Made by a program: the position numbers and the translations under genes. From Candidatus Parcubacteria bacterium (lineage in GTDB: Bacteria > Patescibacteriota > Minisyncoccia > Phycocordibacterales > UBA6065), in NCBI GenBank assembly GCA_039796155.1, contig JBDKKJ010000002.1:31365-95364 (forward strand): 64,000 nucleotides of DNA. The letters are read 5' to 3'. Each line of letters begins with the position of its first letter. The first letter of the stretch is position 1. Positions 10,098-20,442 of this stretch are shown here, piece by piece. The notes beneath the pieces were generated by a model. It made no database searches. It worked only from the letters and a program-made list of their open reading frames with translations, and was not told where the DNA came from.

Positions 10098-10838
10098 TTA
10101 ATTACGAGCCTTTAACTCTGTCTCTCGTGCCATCTGCTTTCGTATATAGAGCTCCTGTCCAATCGTAAAGAGGTTTGAGGTAATCCAGTAGAGCGCGAGT
10201 GCTGAAGCAATGTTGTATGAAATGAAGAAGATCATGACAGGGAAGATATACTTCATTTGTATCTGCATATTTCGCGCCAAATCGTCCTGGAAGCTTCCAC
10301 CTTCGGTCTTTTTTGCAGTTATAGGCACTGAGAACTTTATTTGATAATACTGCGACGCTGCGGCGAGTACAGCAAGAATCACACTCTTTTGAGTTACATC
10401 AACAAGACCCAAGAAAATAGTGTTTATATGAGCCGGAACCCCTACAAATGAATAGAGGATATCTGTATGTATTGTAGAAAATCCCGCTGAGTAGAATATT
10501 TTATAAAGAGCAAAAATAATAGGGAGCTGAATAAGAAGAAGAAAAATGCTCGAGAAAGGGTTTACCTGCTTCTCTTTATACAACTTCATCGTCGCAACAG
10601 CTTGCTGTTGTTTATCGTCCTTATACTTCTCTTTAATAGCCTTAAGTTCAGGTTCAACAAGCTTCATCATAGCCTGTGTGCGAACAGCCTTCTTTGAAAC
10701 AGGGAAGAGTACGAGCTTTACAAGCACTGTAAAGAGGATGATAAGGAAACCAGCATCAAGAAACGGCAAACTGTCAGCCAATAGAATAAGGCCGTTATAA
10801 AGAGGATCGTAAATAAATGTTGTGTATAGATAACCCAT
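10098..10838 (-). CDS. yidC: membrane protein insertase YidC
   Basis: IKEKYK..KQQQ...MKLYKE..VNPFS...LLIQLPI; ALALYWITSN; canonical position. Confidence 0.95.
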   Translation of the reverse strand: MGYLYTTFIYDPLYNGLILLADSLPFLDAGFLIILFTVLVKLVLFPVSKKAVRTQAMMKLVEPELKAIKEKYKDDKQQQAVATMKLYKEKQVNPFSSIFLLLIQLPIIFALYKIFYSAGFSTIHTDILYSFVGVPAHINTIFLGLVDVTQKSVILAVLAAASQYYQIKFSVPITAKKTEGGSFQDDLARNMQIQMKYIFPVMIFFISYNIASALALYWITSNLFTIGQELYIRKQMARETELKARN

Positions 10839-10878
10839 ATATATGTATTAGAGACTCAATAGTAGCTTACTTAGTAGT

Positions 10879-11208
10879 CTAGCTCAACAACCCAGCCTTT
10901 TTAAAAACAATCTCGACTTCTTTTGAAATATCAGTAAACGGTGCTTTTATGAATTCCTTTTTTGGCATAAGCATGGCGTAAACCGGAAAAGAGAGGTTTC
11001 CTTTAACCCTCTCAAGAGCTGAATAAGCTCTACGTCGAATCCTGTTTCTGTCTACAGCAAGCGGGACAACCTTCTTTGAAACAGCCACAGCGAACTTAGA
11101 TTTTGAGGCAGGGGTATAGCGCATAGAAAAAAGCGTCCCAAAGACGCTTTTTCCTTGAGAAAGTGCTTCTATATCGCTAACTGTAAGCCTTTCTACCTTT
11201 TTGAGCAT
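10879..11208 (-). CDS. rnpA: RNase P protein component
   Basis: AVSKKV..AVDRNRIRR motif; between rpmH and yidC. Confidence 0.92.
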   Translation of the reverse strand: MLKKVERLTVSDIEALSQGKSVFGTLFSMRYTPASKSKFAVAVSKKVVPLAVDRNRIRRRAYSALERVKGNLSFPVYAMLMPKKEFIKAPFTDISKEVEIVFKKAGLLS

Positions 11209-11209
11209 T

Positions 11210-11347
11210 TTAAACTTTGAGCAACTTCTTACGACCCTTATGGCGTCGGCGGGTGATAACCGCTCTTCCTGTAGGGGTAGATTTTCGTGCGAGGAATCCG
11301 TGTGCTCGTGCTCGCTTTCTGTTTTTTGTTTTGTATACGATTGCCAT
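11210..11347 (-). CDS. rpmH: 50S ribosomal protein L34 (not in ORF track)
   Basis: Manual translation [45 protein letters not shown]. Confidence 0.95.
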   Translation of the reverse strand: MAIVYKTKNRKRARAHGFLARKSTPTGRAVITRRRHKGRKKLLKV

Positions 11348-11355
11348 AAAATCAG

Positions 11356-11386
11356 TTATTAACAACTTGTTCACATATTATTAACA
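11356..11386. promoter_or_regulatory. three DnaA-box-like 9-mers upstream of dnaA
   Basis: TTATTAACA 11356, TTGTTCACA 11367, TTATTAACA 11378 at 11-bp spacing. Confidence 0.6.
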
Positions 11387-11462
11387 CATTTAGGCCTTGG
11401 TTTCAAGTACTACTATTCCCATAAGCCATTATACTTACGTTACTTCGGAAAATAATACTTAT

Positions 11463-12809
11463 ATGGATAATAAAAAAATATGGGAGAGTGTGCTTGGAAG
11501 CATCGAACTTCAGGTATCAAAAGCTAACTTTACGATGTGGTTTAAAGACACCTATATCCATAAACAGGATGATGGGGTGGTGTATGTTTCTGTGCCGAGT
11601 GTTTTTGCTAAAGAATGGCTTTCAAGTAAGTTTCATAAAACAATCCTCAAGTTCTTGAGAGATGAAGGTAGTGATATCCGATCTCTTGAATACGTCATAT
11701 CAAAGTCTTCTGAACGAAAAGAGGTTCAAGAAGAGCCTCGAAAACACGTAACACCCGCACATGAGCTTCCATTACAGGAATTCTATGTAAGCAAGGATGA
11801 TAACCTTAACCCTAAGTACACGTTTGATACCTTTGTTGTTGGTCCATTTAACGAACTCGCTCATGCAGCAGCTCAAGCAGTTATAAAGAACCCAGGAGTC
11901 GCATATAACCCGCTTTACCTTTACGGAGGAACGGGGCGTGGAAAAACTCACCTTATGCAGGCAGTAGGGAATCACATAAAAGCCAACAACCCTGCAAAAA
12001 AGGTATTCTATGTTACCTCTGAACGCTTTGCGGTTGACTACATGAACTCAATTCAGCTTGGTAAAGCTAATCAGTTTAAGGAAAAGTATCGTAAGTATGA
12101 TGTTTTGATCATGGATGACGTTCAATTCTTCTCAAGCAAGGAAAAATCACAGGAAGAATTCTTCCATCTCTTCAACACCCTTAAAGAAAACAACAGACAA
12201 CTCATTTGTTCTTCAGACCAACACCCGAATCACATGCCGGATATAGAAGACCGTATAAAATCACGCTTTGGCGCGGGAATGATTGTTGATGTATCTGCAC
12301 CTGACTACGAATCACGCTTTATAATTCTTAAAACAAAGCTCGAACGCCAGAATATTACGCTTCCACAAGAGCTTTTGGAGTTTCTTGCACAGTCAGTGGA
12401 AGGAAATATTCGAGAACTTGAGGGAATTGTGAACTCAATTGCTATGCAGACGCAGGTTCGAGGTAGGGAACTTAATATTATTGAGATTAAAAATCTCATA
12501 AAGAACAGTGCAAAGCCAAAGAAAACAATTTCTATTAAAGAAGTAGTTAAAATTGTGTCTGATTTCTACAACATTGAGGAAAATCACATATACGAGAAAA
12601 CTCGTAAGAAAGAAGTGGTGAAGCCACGTCAGGTAATTATGTATATTCTTCGCGAGGATATGAATATTTCATATCCGTCTATTGGTGAGAAGCTTGGAGG
12701 CCGTGATCACACGACAGTTATTCATTCTTGTGAAAAAATCAAAGAAGATATAAAGTCGAATCAAACACTACTTCAGGAGGTTAATCATATTCGTTCTTTA
12801 ATCACCTAA
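11463..12809 (+). CDS. dnaA: chromosomal replication initiator DnaA
   Basis: LNPKYTFDTFV, YNPLYLYGGTGRGKTHL, GNIRELEG, GGRDHTTVIHS. Confidence 0.98.
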   Translation: MDNKKIWESVLGSIELQVSKANFTMWFKDTYIHKQDDGVVYVSVPSVFAKEWLSSKFHKTILKFLRDEGSDIRSLEYVISKSSERKEVQEEPRKHVTPAHELPLQEFYVSKDDNLNPKYTFDTFVVGPFNELAHAAAQAVIKNPGVAYNPLYLYGGTGRGKTHLMQAVGNHIKANNPAKKVFYVTSERFAVDYMNSIQLGKANQFKEKYRKYDVLIMDDVQFFSSKEKSQEEFFHLFNTLKENNRQLICSSDQHPNHMPDIEDRIKSRFGAGMIVDVSAPDYESRFIILKTKLERQNITLPQELLEFLAQSVEGNIRELEGIVNSIAMQTQVRGRELNIIEIKNLIKNSAKPKKTISIKEVVKIVSDFYNIEENHIYEKTRKKEVVKPRQVIMYILREDMNISYPSIGEKLGGRDHTTVIHSCEKIKEDIKSNQTLLQEVNHIRSLIT

Positions 12810-13020
12810 CAGCCTGTGAATGGGGTGGGGATAGTAAGTGAGAAACTGGGGATAAAAAGAGGGTTTTAAAGAAAAGATAAAAAGTTATATTTCTGGGCAG
12901 GTGGATATCCCCAGAATAAAACAAAATAAAATCTAGAATATGTATATAACTAGCCTTATAAAAAGTTATACACATATACACAGTGATAATAGTAATAATA
13001 GTCTTCTTAATAGAATATAA
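12810..13020. other. probable oriC (dnaA-dnaN intergenic region)
   Basis: DnaA-box variants (TGGGGATAA; TTATACACA 12966-12974) followed by TAA/TAG trinucleotide run 12986-13001; AT-rich. Confidence 0.75.
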
Positions 13021-13037
13021 GAATATATACTGGGGAT

Positions 13038-14138
13038 ATGAAAATAGAATGCATTAAAGAGAAACTAATAGAAGGAATTGCAAAGGCAGACCGCCTTACA
13101 GGTAAGAATCTTTCTTTACCTATTCTTTCTTGTATCAATCTTTCTGCAAAAGGTAATTCTTTGATTATACGAGCAACAAACCTTGATTGTGGTATAGAGA
13201 TCAAGATTGCAGCTAAGGTAGACGTAGAAGGCGAAATAGCCCTTCATGGAGGGGTTATGAGTTCACTCCTTGCCGGTCTTCCAAAGGAAAAAAACATTAC
13301 CCTTGAATCAAAGGAGGGAAATGTTGTTATTTCTACATCTGCCAACACAACACTCATTAAAACATTTCCACCGGATGATTTTCCAACTATTCCAAAGCTT
13401 GAAACACAAAGAACAGTTGATATAAGCCCAAAACTTCTTGTTAAAGGTTTTAAATCGGTGTTCTATAGCGCTTCACAATCAACAGTAAAGCCAGAGCTTT
13501 CAAGTGTGTATGTGTTTAAAGAAGACTCAGACCTTGTGTTCGTGTCAACAGACTCATTCAGACTTGCTGAGAAAAGGATAAAAATTAAGGACACTCTCGA
13601 TTTCCCGTCAGTTATAATCCCAGCCAAGAATGTTGCTGATATTATTCGAACTCTTGAAAACACCACTGATGATGTAAAGGTTTTATTTGATAAAAACCAA
13701 ATTGCTTTTGAGGCAAAGGATATTTACCTCATGTCTCGCGTAATTGACGCTACGTTCCCAGACTACAAACAAATCATTCCAAAAACATTCATCACAGAGG
13801 TGGTTGTATTAAAGCAGGATTTTGTTGATTCTCTTAAAACCTCACATGTTTTCTCTGATAAGTTTAATCAGGTTAATGTAAAAGCGCTTCCTTCGAAGAA
13901 ATCATTTACCATTTCTACAAAAAATAGTGATGTTGGTGAATATACCAACGCTATTGATTCAAGTGTGACAGGGCAGGATGTTGAAATAAATTTTAATCAC
14001 AAATACATTGCAGACAGCTTCCAATCTATTGATTCTGATAGTATTTCTATTTCAATCAGTGGAGCAAACAAACCTCTTGTTATGAAAGGTGTATCTGATA
14101 AATCATTCACATACCTTGTGATGCCAATGAATCGTTAA
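13038..14138 (+). CDS. dnaN: DNA polymerase III beta clamp
   Basis: STDSFRLAE, SRVIDATFPDYKQIIP, YLVMPM. Confidence 0.97.
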   Translation: MKIECIKEKLIEGIAKADRLTGKNLSLPILSCINLSAKGNSLIIRATNLDCGIEIKIAAKVDVEGEIALHGGVMSSLLAGLPKEKNITLESKEGNVVISTSANTTLIKTFPPDDFPTIPKLETQRTVDISPKLLVKGFKSVFYSASQSTVKPELSSVYVFKEDSDLVFVSTDSFRLAEKRIKIKDTLDFPSVIIPAKNVADIIRTLENTTDDVKVLFDKNQIAFEAKDIYLMSRVIDATFPDYKQIIPKTFITEVVVLKQDFVDSLKTSHVFSDKFNQVNVKALPSKKSFTISTKNSDVGEYTNAIDSSVTGQDVEINFNHKYIADSFQSIDSDSISISISGANKPLVMKGVSDKSFTYLVMPMNR

Positions 14139-14149
14139 TACAAGCTCTT

Positions 14150-14401
14150 GTGTTTAACATTTCTGATTATTTTAAGAAGTTTACCAAGATTGAGAAGGAG
14201 GGTTTAGTTGAAAGTGACGCTATTTTATCGGCACTTAATGAATCATGTGGGACGGGGACTGTGCGGTTTGAGATAAAAAAAGACATTCTTTATATTAAAG
14301 GATCACCGGTTCTTAAATCGGCACTGTATACCAAAAAGTCTCAAATACTGGCTTCAATAAAGAAAAAATTACCTCAAAGCAGAATTGTGGATATTAGGTA
14401 A
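14150..14401 (+). CDS. small hypothetical protein, possibly DciA/DUF721-like
   Basis: 83 aa directly after dnaN; LYIK.SP.LK..L...K..IL...IVDIR pattern. Confidence 0.45.
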   Translation: MFNISDYFKKFTKIEKEGLVESDAILSALNESCGTGTVRFEIKKDILYIKGSPVLKSALYTKKSQILASIKKKLPQSRIVDIR

Positions 14402-14434
14402 ATAAAAAACCGAGCACATGCTCGGTTTTTTATT
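14401..14434. terminator. bidirectional terminator
   Basis: AATAAAAAACCGAGCA / TGCTCGGTTTTTTATT. Confidence 0.75.
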
Positions 14435-14435
14435 C

Positions 14436-16985
14436 TTAATTATCAAGCGCTACAGAGAAGGTTCCCGTCACTTCGCTTTTGTTAAAGACTGAATCGTACG
14501 CCGTGATTCTGATTTGGTTACTTTCCTGAATTCCTGAAATATCTTTAGGGTTAAATCTAAACATAAATGGTTGAGACTCAATTATCCCAACAAAGACATC
14601 ATTAACATAAAGGGTTGCTTTTGCGAGAGGGTATCGACCAGCAGAAGAAAGAGGAATAGCAATTGTATCGTTCAGTGTATATTTTGCATCATTCACACTT
14701 TGAATATTCACCTTAAATATATTTACCGCAGTGTGAACATCATCTGTTTGTTTTGGTATAACAGATTCATCCTGGTCGACATACTTGTTTTCCTCCGCCC
14801 ATTTACGCACAGGAGCCTCCCAGCGCTCGAATTGAGGGTCGTCTTGAGGGTTTGTTGGTTGTGCACCCAACGGATCAGCCTTGTTCAACCAGTAGAGTAT
14901 TGAGTGAACAGAAGTTATGGCAACATCTTTGCGTGTTTCTGGTGGTGTGAGGTCGGTGGCAAGCTTTTTTGAAATAGTATCAATAGTGTATGTTTTTCCT
15001 CCTTGCCAAATACCTTTCATAACAGGTTTGAGAGTGGTTGGATCTGCTGGATTTGGTGGGGTGAATCGTTCATCGCTTACAGAAGCCAATCCTTGTTTCA
15101 TAAACGAACTCCACATTGGTGCAACAATCTGACCTGCAACCTTTTTAACCATGGGGCTGTTATCGTTGTTTCCAGCCCATACACCTACAACAAGGTTTGG
15201 GGTATATCCCACGGTCCATGCATCACGTGAATCGTTTGTGGTACCTGTTTTAGCCGCTACATCACGTGTAGGGAAGTGGAGAACAGAGTTTGGACCATAC
15301 CCTGGTGTTCGTGCCACATTGTCACTAAGGATGCTTGAAATAGTTCGTGCTGTTTCTGCGGGTAGAACCTGATTTTGTCTTTGTGAAGGAATAGAAATTT
15401 CAGTACCTTTCGAATCAAAAATCTGAAGAACTGGTCGGCTAGCAACTCGAACCCCGTCGTTAGCAAAAATTCCATATGCGCTGGTCATTTCAAGAAGAGA
15501 GACTTCGCCACCTCCGAGCACGAGGGTTAGACCGTATTGATCTGCATTAGTGAGGCTGGTAATACCCATGTTTTTAGCCAACGTAATAGAATTTTTGATA
15601 CCCGCAAGGTAAAGAGTTTTAATAGCAGGAATGTTGATTGATTGAGCAAGGGCGTCACGGAGAGTTATTGGCCCACGGAAATTATCGTCGTAGTTGCCAG
15701 GCATGTAACATTGCTTTGGATCGCCTTCTGGATCGAGTGGTTTTCCTTCGAGATCACAGGTTGTTGAGAACGAGGTTTGGAGATCAAACAAAACCGTCTC
15801 GGGTGTGTAACCTTTATTAAAGGCTTCTGCATAGATAATAGGCTTCATTGTTGAGCCCGGTTGGCGGTTTGCTGCAACCGCAACATTAAATTGACCATCA
15901 ATTATTTTGTCGAAGTAATCACGAGAACCAACCATCGAAAGAATGTCTCCGTTGTGTGGGTTTATTGCTATGAGGGCTGCGTTTGTAGCGTTAAAATCCG
16001 TTGTATTTTTAAGAGCGGTGGTTTTTACAAGGTCTTCTGCTTTTTCCTGAAGGTTGGCATCGAGCGTGGTGATAACTTTGTAACCCCCATCATCAAGCGA
16101 CCCTTTGCCGAGTATGTTTTCAAGATAGTCTTTAACAAAGAAAACAAAATGAGGTGCTTTTATACCAAACCGTCCTTGGGGTTGGAAGACAACCTTCTCT
16201 TTGAGAGCGTTTTTGTATTCAGTGGTGTTGATCGCGGCTGTATCAAGCATTTTTTTCAGCACGAGATTTTTTCGAGCTTCAAGTTTTTCTTTATTTTTTC
16301 CGTATGGTGAATAGAAGGTGCTTGCCTGGGGAATGGCGGCCAGGTATGCGGCTTCGGCAAGTGTTATGTCTTTAGCCGTCTTGCTAAAGAATTGCTTTGA
16401 AGCTTCTTCTACACCGTACACGTTGCCTCCATAAGGGTTTTCGTTGAGATAGCTTGTGAGAATGGTGTCTTTTGGTAGTGCGCTGTCGAGTTTTACGGCA
16501 AGAACCCACTCCTTTAATTTTCGAGAAATAGTTTTGTCTCCCGTCAAAAGTGTGTTCTTTACCACCTGTTGGGTGATAGTTGAACCTCCTTGGCTGTATC
16601 CACCACTTACAACATTTGCCAATACCGCACGCATGATTGAGGAAATTTTAATTCCTTTGTGGATATAGAAATCTTCGTCTTCGATTGCCACTGTTGCCTT
16701 CTTGATAAAAGGGGAGATATCGGCAGAGATAAGAATGGTTCGTTTTATGCTGTCGTGGAGGTCGTAGAGAAGCACTTTTCCGGTTCGATCAAAGATTTTT
16801 GTTGATTCAGAAACTTTTCGCTGTTCAAACGATGACAGGTCGGGGAGGCGGAATGATGAAATCCAGAGTGTACCAGCGCCGAAGCAGAGAAAAAAGATGG
16901 ATAGAATGACAACAGCGATGTCTTTTTTGGTGTGCGCTTTTATATGATGCTTTATTTTTTTAAAAATACTTTTTTTCTTAGACAT
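14436..16985 (-). CDS. class A penicillin-binding protein (PBP1A family)
   Basis: Transglycosylase EDxxFYxH and GGSTITQQ; transpeptidase STMK, SIN, KTGT; C-terminal Ig-like domain. Confidence 0.95.
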   Translation of the reverse strand: MSKKKSIFKKIKHHIKAHTKKDIAVVILSIFFLCFGAGTLWISSFRLPDLSSFEQRKVSESTKIFDRTGKVLLYDLHDSIKRTILISADISPFIKKATVAIEDEDFYIHKGIKISSIMRAVLANVVSGGYSQGGSTITQQVVKNTLLTGDKTISRKLKEWVLAVKLDSALPKDTILTSYLNENPYGGNVYGVEEASKQFFSKTAKDITLAEAAYLAAIPQASTFYSPYGKNKEKLEARKNLVLKKMLDTAAINTTEYKNALKEKVVFQPQGRFGIKAPHFVFFVKDYLENILGKGSLDDGGYKVITTLDANLQEKAEDLVKTTALKNTTDFNATNAALIAINPHNGDILSMVGSRDYFDKIIDGQFNVAVAANRQPGSTMKPIIYAEAFNKGYTPETVLFDLQTSFSTTCDLEGKPLDPEGDPKQCYMPGNYDDNFRGPITLRDALAQSINIPAIKTLYLAGIKNSITLAKNMGITSLTNADQYGLTLVLGGGEVSLLEMTSAYGIFANDGVRVASRPVLQIFDSKGTEISIPSQRQNQVLPAETARTISSILSDNVARTPGYGPNSVLHFPTRDVAAKTGTTNDSRDAWTVGYTPNLVVGVWAGNNDNSPMVKKVAGQIVAPMWSSFMKQGLASVSDERFTPPNPADPTTLKPVMKGIWQGGKTYTIDTISKKLATDLTPPETRKDVAITSVHSILYWLNKADPLGAQPTNPQDDPQFERWEAPVRKWAEENKYVDQDESVIPKQTDDVHTAVNIFKVNIQSVNDAKYTLNDTIAIPLSSAGRYPLAKATLYVNDVFVGIIESQPFMFRFNPKDISGIQESNQIRITAYDSVFNKSEVTGTFSVALDN

Positions 16986-17053
16986 GGGCTTACGATATCA
17001 CTGAATGAAAAGCCTCACAAGACAACAAAATACCGCCATGTTAAAGTAAATCC

Positions 17054-18280
17054 ATGAAATTTTTTACGGCTCAAACAAAGGTTAATACAAACCCACAGGA
17101 CATAGAAAACTTCCTCGGAAGAGGTGTTGAAAATGTGTTTCCCTCAAAGGATGCTTTTGCTAAAGCGCTTGCTTCAGGAAAACGTCTTTCAATATATCTT
17201 GGTATTGATCCAACGGGTCCTACGCTCCATATGGGCCATGCTATACCACTCATGAAGCTTTCCACTCTTCAGGCCATGGGACATCAAATCATTCTTCTGA
17301 TGGGTGATTTCACTGCAATGATAGGGGATCCTACTGATAAGGCAGCTACTCGAAAGCGCCTTACACGAGATGAGATACTTTTAAACCTTACGCACTACAA
17401 GGAACAGGCTGAAACATTTCTTTCTTTTAAAGGAAGCAATGCAGCAAAAATAAAGTTCAACAGCACATGGCTTGGCAAGATGAGTTTTGCTGATGTTGTT
17501 GATTTAGCTTCACACACGACTGTTCAGCAAATGCTTGAACGAGACATGTTTGATAATCGCATGAAGGAAAATAAGCCAATATACCTTCATGAATTTCTAT
17601 ATCCTTTGATGCAAGGTTACGATTCTGTGGCTATGGATGTGGATGCAGAGATTGGTGGTAATGATCAAACCTTTAACATGCTTGCAGGACGTAATCTCAT
17701 GCGAACCCTCAAGAACAAAGAGAAATTTGTGCTTGCTACAAAGCTCCTCGTCGATCCAACAGGTAAAAAGATGGGTAAGTCAGAGGGGAACATGATTACT
17801 CTTGCTGACACAGCAAAAGATATGTTTGGAAAGATTATGAGTTGGCCGGACTCTTTGATTGTTCCAAGCTTCGAACTCTGTACCAAGGTTACTGCTGAAG
17901 AGATTGAAAAGGAAAAAGCGTATCTTGCGTCAGGTGCAAATCCTCGTGATGCAAAGGTGCGTCTCGCACTTGCAGTGGTTGAACTTTATTACGGAAAGAG
18001 TGAGGCGGAAAAATCTCGAGATTCTTTTGCATCAGCATTTTCTGCAGGAACAATGCCGACGGACGCTTTGGAGGTAAAGGTTGAAAAAGGTGCCTCGCTT
18101 TCTCAGATTTTGATTGATAATAAAATCGTGGCTTCAAAGACTGAATTTAGAAAACTTGTGGGTGAAAAGGCTGTGAAGGATGTGGCTACGGGAAAGGTGG
18201 TTGAAGCACACGACGCTCTTGTGGAAGGAAATATGGATATAAAAGTAGGGAAGATGAGGTTCCTAAAGATTCGAGTGTAA
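17054..18280 (+). CDS. tyrS: tyrosine--tRNA ligase
   Basis: YLGIDPTG..LHMGH, YPLMQGYD, GGNDQ, KMGKS. Confidence 0.97.
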   Translation: MKFFTAQTKVNTNPQDIENFLGRGVENVFPSKDAFAKALASGKRLSIYLGIDPTGPTLHMGHAIPLMKLSTLQAMGHQIILLMGDFTAMIGDPTDKAATRKRLTRDEILLNLTHYKEQAETFLSFKGSNAAKIKFNSTWLGKMSFADVVDLASHTTVQQMLERDMFDNRMKENKPIYLHEFLYPLMQGYDSVAMDVDAEIGGNDQTFNMLAGRNLMRTLKNKEKFVLATKLLVDPTGKKMGKSEGNMITLADTAKDMFGKIMSWPDSLIVPSFELCTKVTAEEIEKEKAYLASGANPRDAKVRLALAVVELYYGKSEAEKSRDSFASAFSAGTMPTDALEVKVEKGASLSQILIDNKIVASKTEFRKLVGEKAVKDVATGKVVEAHDALVEGNMDIKVGKMRFLKIRV

Positions 18281-18318
18281 GTAAAACAAAAACCGCACAT
18301 GTGCGGTTTTTGTTTTAC
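18281..18318. terminator. bidirectional terminator (perfect 38-bp palindrome)
   Basis: GTAAAACAAAAACCGCACA|TGTGCGGTTTTTGTTTTAC. Confidence 0.75.
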
Positions 18319-18542
18319 CAACTCTCTTCTTCGTCTGTCATGAAGTCTTTGAGCGGATCATCCTCGTCTTCTTCGTTCTCAAGCGAATCATCAACATCAG
18401 CATCGTCTGTTGCTTCATCGTCATCACTTGCGACCTTCTTGGGGCTTGGATCATCACTTTCCTCTGTCTCTTCCTTCTCCTCTTCTTTAACGGCGGTCTT
18501 TGGTGCTATGACCTCGTCTTTTTCTGTTTTCTTTCGTGGCAT
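18315..18542 (-). CDS. small highly acidic hypothetical protein
   Basis: 75 aa, basic N-terminus, D/E-rich body; ends at the terminator. Confidence 0.6.
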   Translation of the reverse strand: MPRKKTEKDEVIAPKTAVKEEEKEETEESDDPSPKKVASDDDEATDDADVDDSLENEEDEDDPLKDFMTDEEESW

Positions 18543-18622
18543 ATAACTTTTTGGTTTCTAAGTGCCTCTATTTGTAACAGATATGAATTTTTTTGCAAAT
18601 TTTTGCCTCTGTGGAAAAGTCC

Positions 18623-19102
18623 TTAGGAGAATCTTTCGGTCGCAAAGCAGGTAAGCCCTACAGCAATAGCATCGTATTCATCGTCATGTTTTATCTCTTT
18701 TGTGAGCTTTATAAGGCGTGGAATCATCGAAATAATTTGATCTTTATCGCTTTTTCCATAGCCGGTAACAGCTACTTTAATCTGCCCTGGTCCGTATTCG
18801 TATACGGGGAGATTGTGAGTCGCTGCTTGATATAAAATCACTCCGCGTGCCTCAGCGACGGTTATGGCCGTCTTTTGATTGTTACTAAAGAAAAGATTTT
18901 CGAGAGCAAGTGCGCTCGGGTTGTGTTCTTCGATTATCTTTTTAATCTCATTTCCTATGAGACCGAGACGTTCGTGATGGGGCAGGTTTTTGGATGTTCT
19001 AAAACAATCTGAATACACTAAAACTTCCTTCGAACGAAGTTCTTTTTCTATTACTGCTATACCGAGTCGTTCGTATCCCGGGTCAATTGAGATGATTCTC
19101 AT
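18623..19102 (-). CDS. ruvC: Holliday junction resolvase RuvC
   Basis: IDPG, EARGV, IKVAVTGYG..DK, DD..DAIAVG. Confidence 0.95.
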   Translation of the reverse strand: MRIISIDPGYERLGIAVIEKELRSKEVLVYSDCFRTSKNLPHHERLGLIGNEIKKIIEEHNPSALALENLFFSNNQKTAITVAEARGVILYQAATHNLPVYEYGPGQIKVAVTGYGKSDKDQIISMIPRLIKLTKEIKHDDEYDAIAVGLTCFATERFS

Positions 19103-19111
19103 CTCTCTATT

Positions 19112-19639
19112 CTACTCTACGTTTGTATAGACTTCCTGTACCTCTTCACTTGCATCGAGTGCATCAATAAGTTTCTCAAGGAGTACAAGGTCTTCATCGG
19201 AGAGCTCAACAGTCATGGTCGGTTTCCAGGCTGTGCCTTCACGGGTGAAAGCCCACGCAGCACTACCAATAGCCGCAAGCTCATAGCCATTTGCGGTGAG
19301 AATGTGTTTTACCTCCTGTGCCGCTTTGTTTTTATTCGTTGTAAGGGCTTCGATAATAAGCGCGCATCCACCAGGGCCATATGCTTCATAGAGGATTGAT
19401 TCAAGGGAAGTCCCTGGTTCACCACCTTTTTTGATGGCACGCTCAATAACTTCGTTGGTTACGTCCTCTGCTTTAGCACGATCAATAATTGCACGCAGGC
19501 TTGGTGCGTTTTTATCACTTTTTACTTTCTGTGCCTCAGCTGAAATCAATTTTGAGTAGCGAGAATAAAGTTTAGACTTTGCTCCATCTGTTTTCGCTTT
19601 CTTTCGTTTAATTTGTGACCATTTATTATGTCCTGACAT
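19112..19639 (-). CDS. YebC/PmpR-family protein (short form)
   Basis: MSGHNKWSQIK, YEAYGPGG, VQEVYTN. Confidence 0.93.
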   Translation of the reverse strand: MSGHNKWSQIKRKKAKTDGAKSKLYSRYSKLISAEAQKVKSDKNAPSLRAIIDRAKAEDVTNEVIERAIKKGGEPGTSLESILYEAYGPGGCALIIEALTTNKNKAAQEVKHILTANGYELAAIGSAAWAFTREGTAWKPTMTVELSDEDLVLLEKLIDALDASEEVQEVYTNVE

Positions 19640-19691
19640 GATTTTGATACAAATATTTACTACCAACAAGAACTATTGGGTTCCAATAAAT

Positions 19692-20390
19692 TTACCATTT
19701 TCCAAGACCCGTTTTGACATTAAAAGCATCTTCAAACCGTTTGTTTGCATCTTGAGGTATATAGTAGTTTTCACACTGGTTACTCACTGTGATTGTGTTT
19801 GCTATATTATTTTTTGACAGTATGTGTGCTAAATCACTTATCTTGTTAAACGGGATAAGTAGCGTTAAGGTGCTGTCGGAGGTTTTCAGTGATAGCCAGG
19901 TTTCAAGGAAACATTGAGACGATCTCCGTGTACCACTTTTTCTCAGGATAAAAAACCCGACTGTTTCCGAGCTTACAACCTTTCTGTATTCTATCTTTTT
20001 GAGTATTTCACCCGACAGCAAGTCAACCTGAACGATTCCTGACTCAGTGAAGATAGCTCGGTTAGAGAATAAACCAAATATTATGAAGATAAAAGAAAAT
20101 ATCAAAAGAAAAGCCTTTTTTACCCATAGTTTAGAGGGCGTGAGAGTATTTTTGTGACTGTCTTTACCAGTCAATCCAGCAAATAGCCATCCGACGAAAA
20201 CAGACAGAAGAAATATTCCAACGGGCAAAATAACTATATTTGATTTCGTCAGCGAAAAGATCAAAATAGACTCATCTATAATTATTTGCATGACGTAATT
20301 ACCTAAAATAGGCAGTGTGTTTCCGAGCACAATTACCGAACAGACCACTCCAACAAAAAAGAACCAAAACTTTTTAGATGTTATTTTCAT
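19692..20390 (-). CDS. hypothetical membrane protein
   Basis: About three TM segments; AT-rich; lies between ruvB and yebC. Confidence 0.6.
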   Translation of the reverse strand: MKITSKKFWFFFVGVVCSVIVLGNTLPILGNYVMQIIIDESILIFSLTKSNIVILPVGIFLLSVFVGWLFAGLTGKDSHKNTLTPSKLWVKKAFLLIFSFIFIIFGLFSNRAIFTESGIVQVDLLSGEILKKIEYRKVVSSETVGFFILRKSGTRRSSQCFLETWLSLKTSDSTLTLLIPFNKISDLAHILSKNNIANTITVSNQCENYYIPQDANKRFEDAFNVKTGLGKW

Positions 20391-20442
20391 AAAATAATTT
20401 TACCACGGCAAATCCCAATCTTTTGGTCGACGGTTTTATGGC

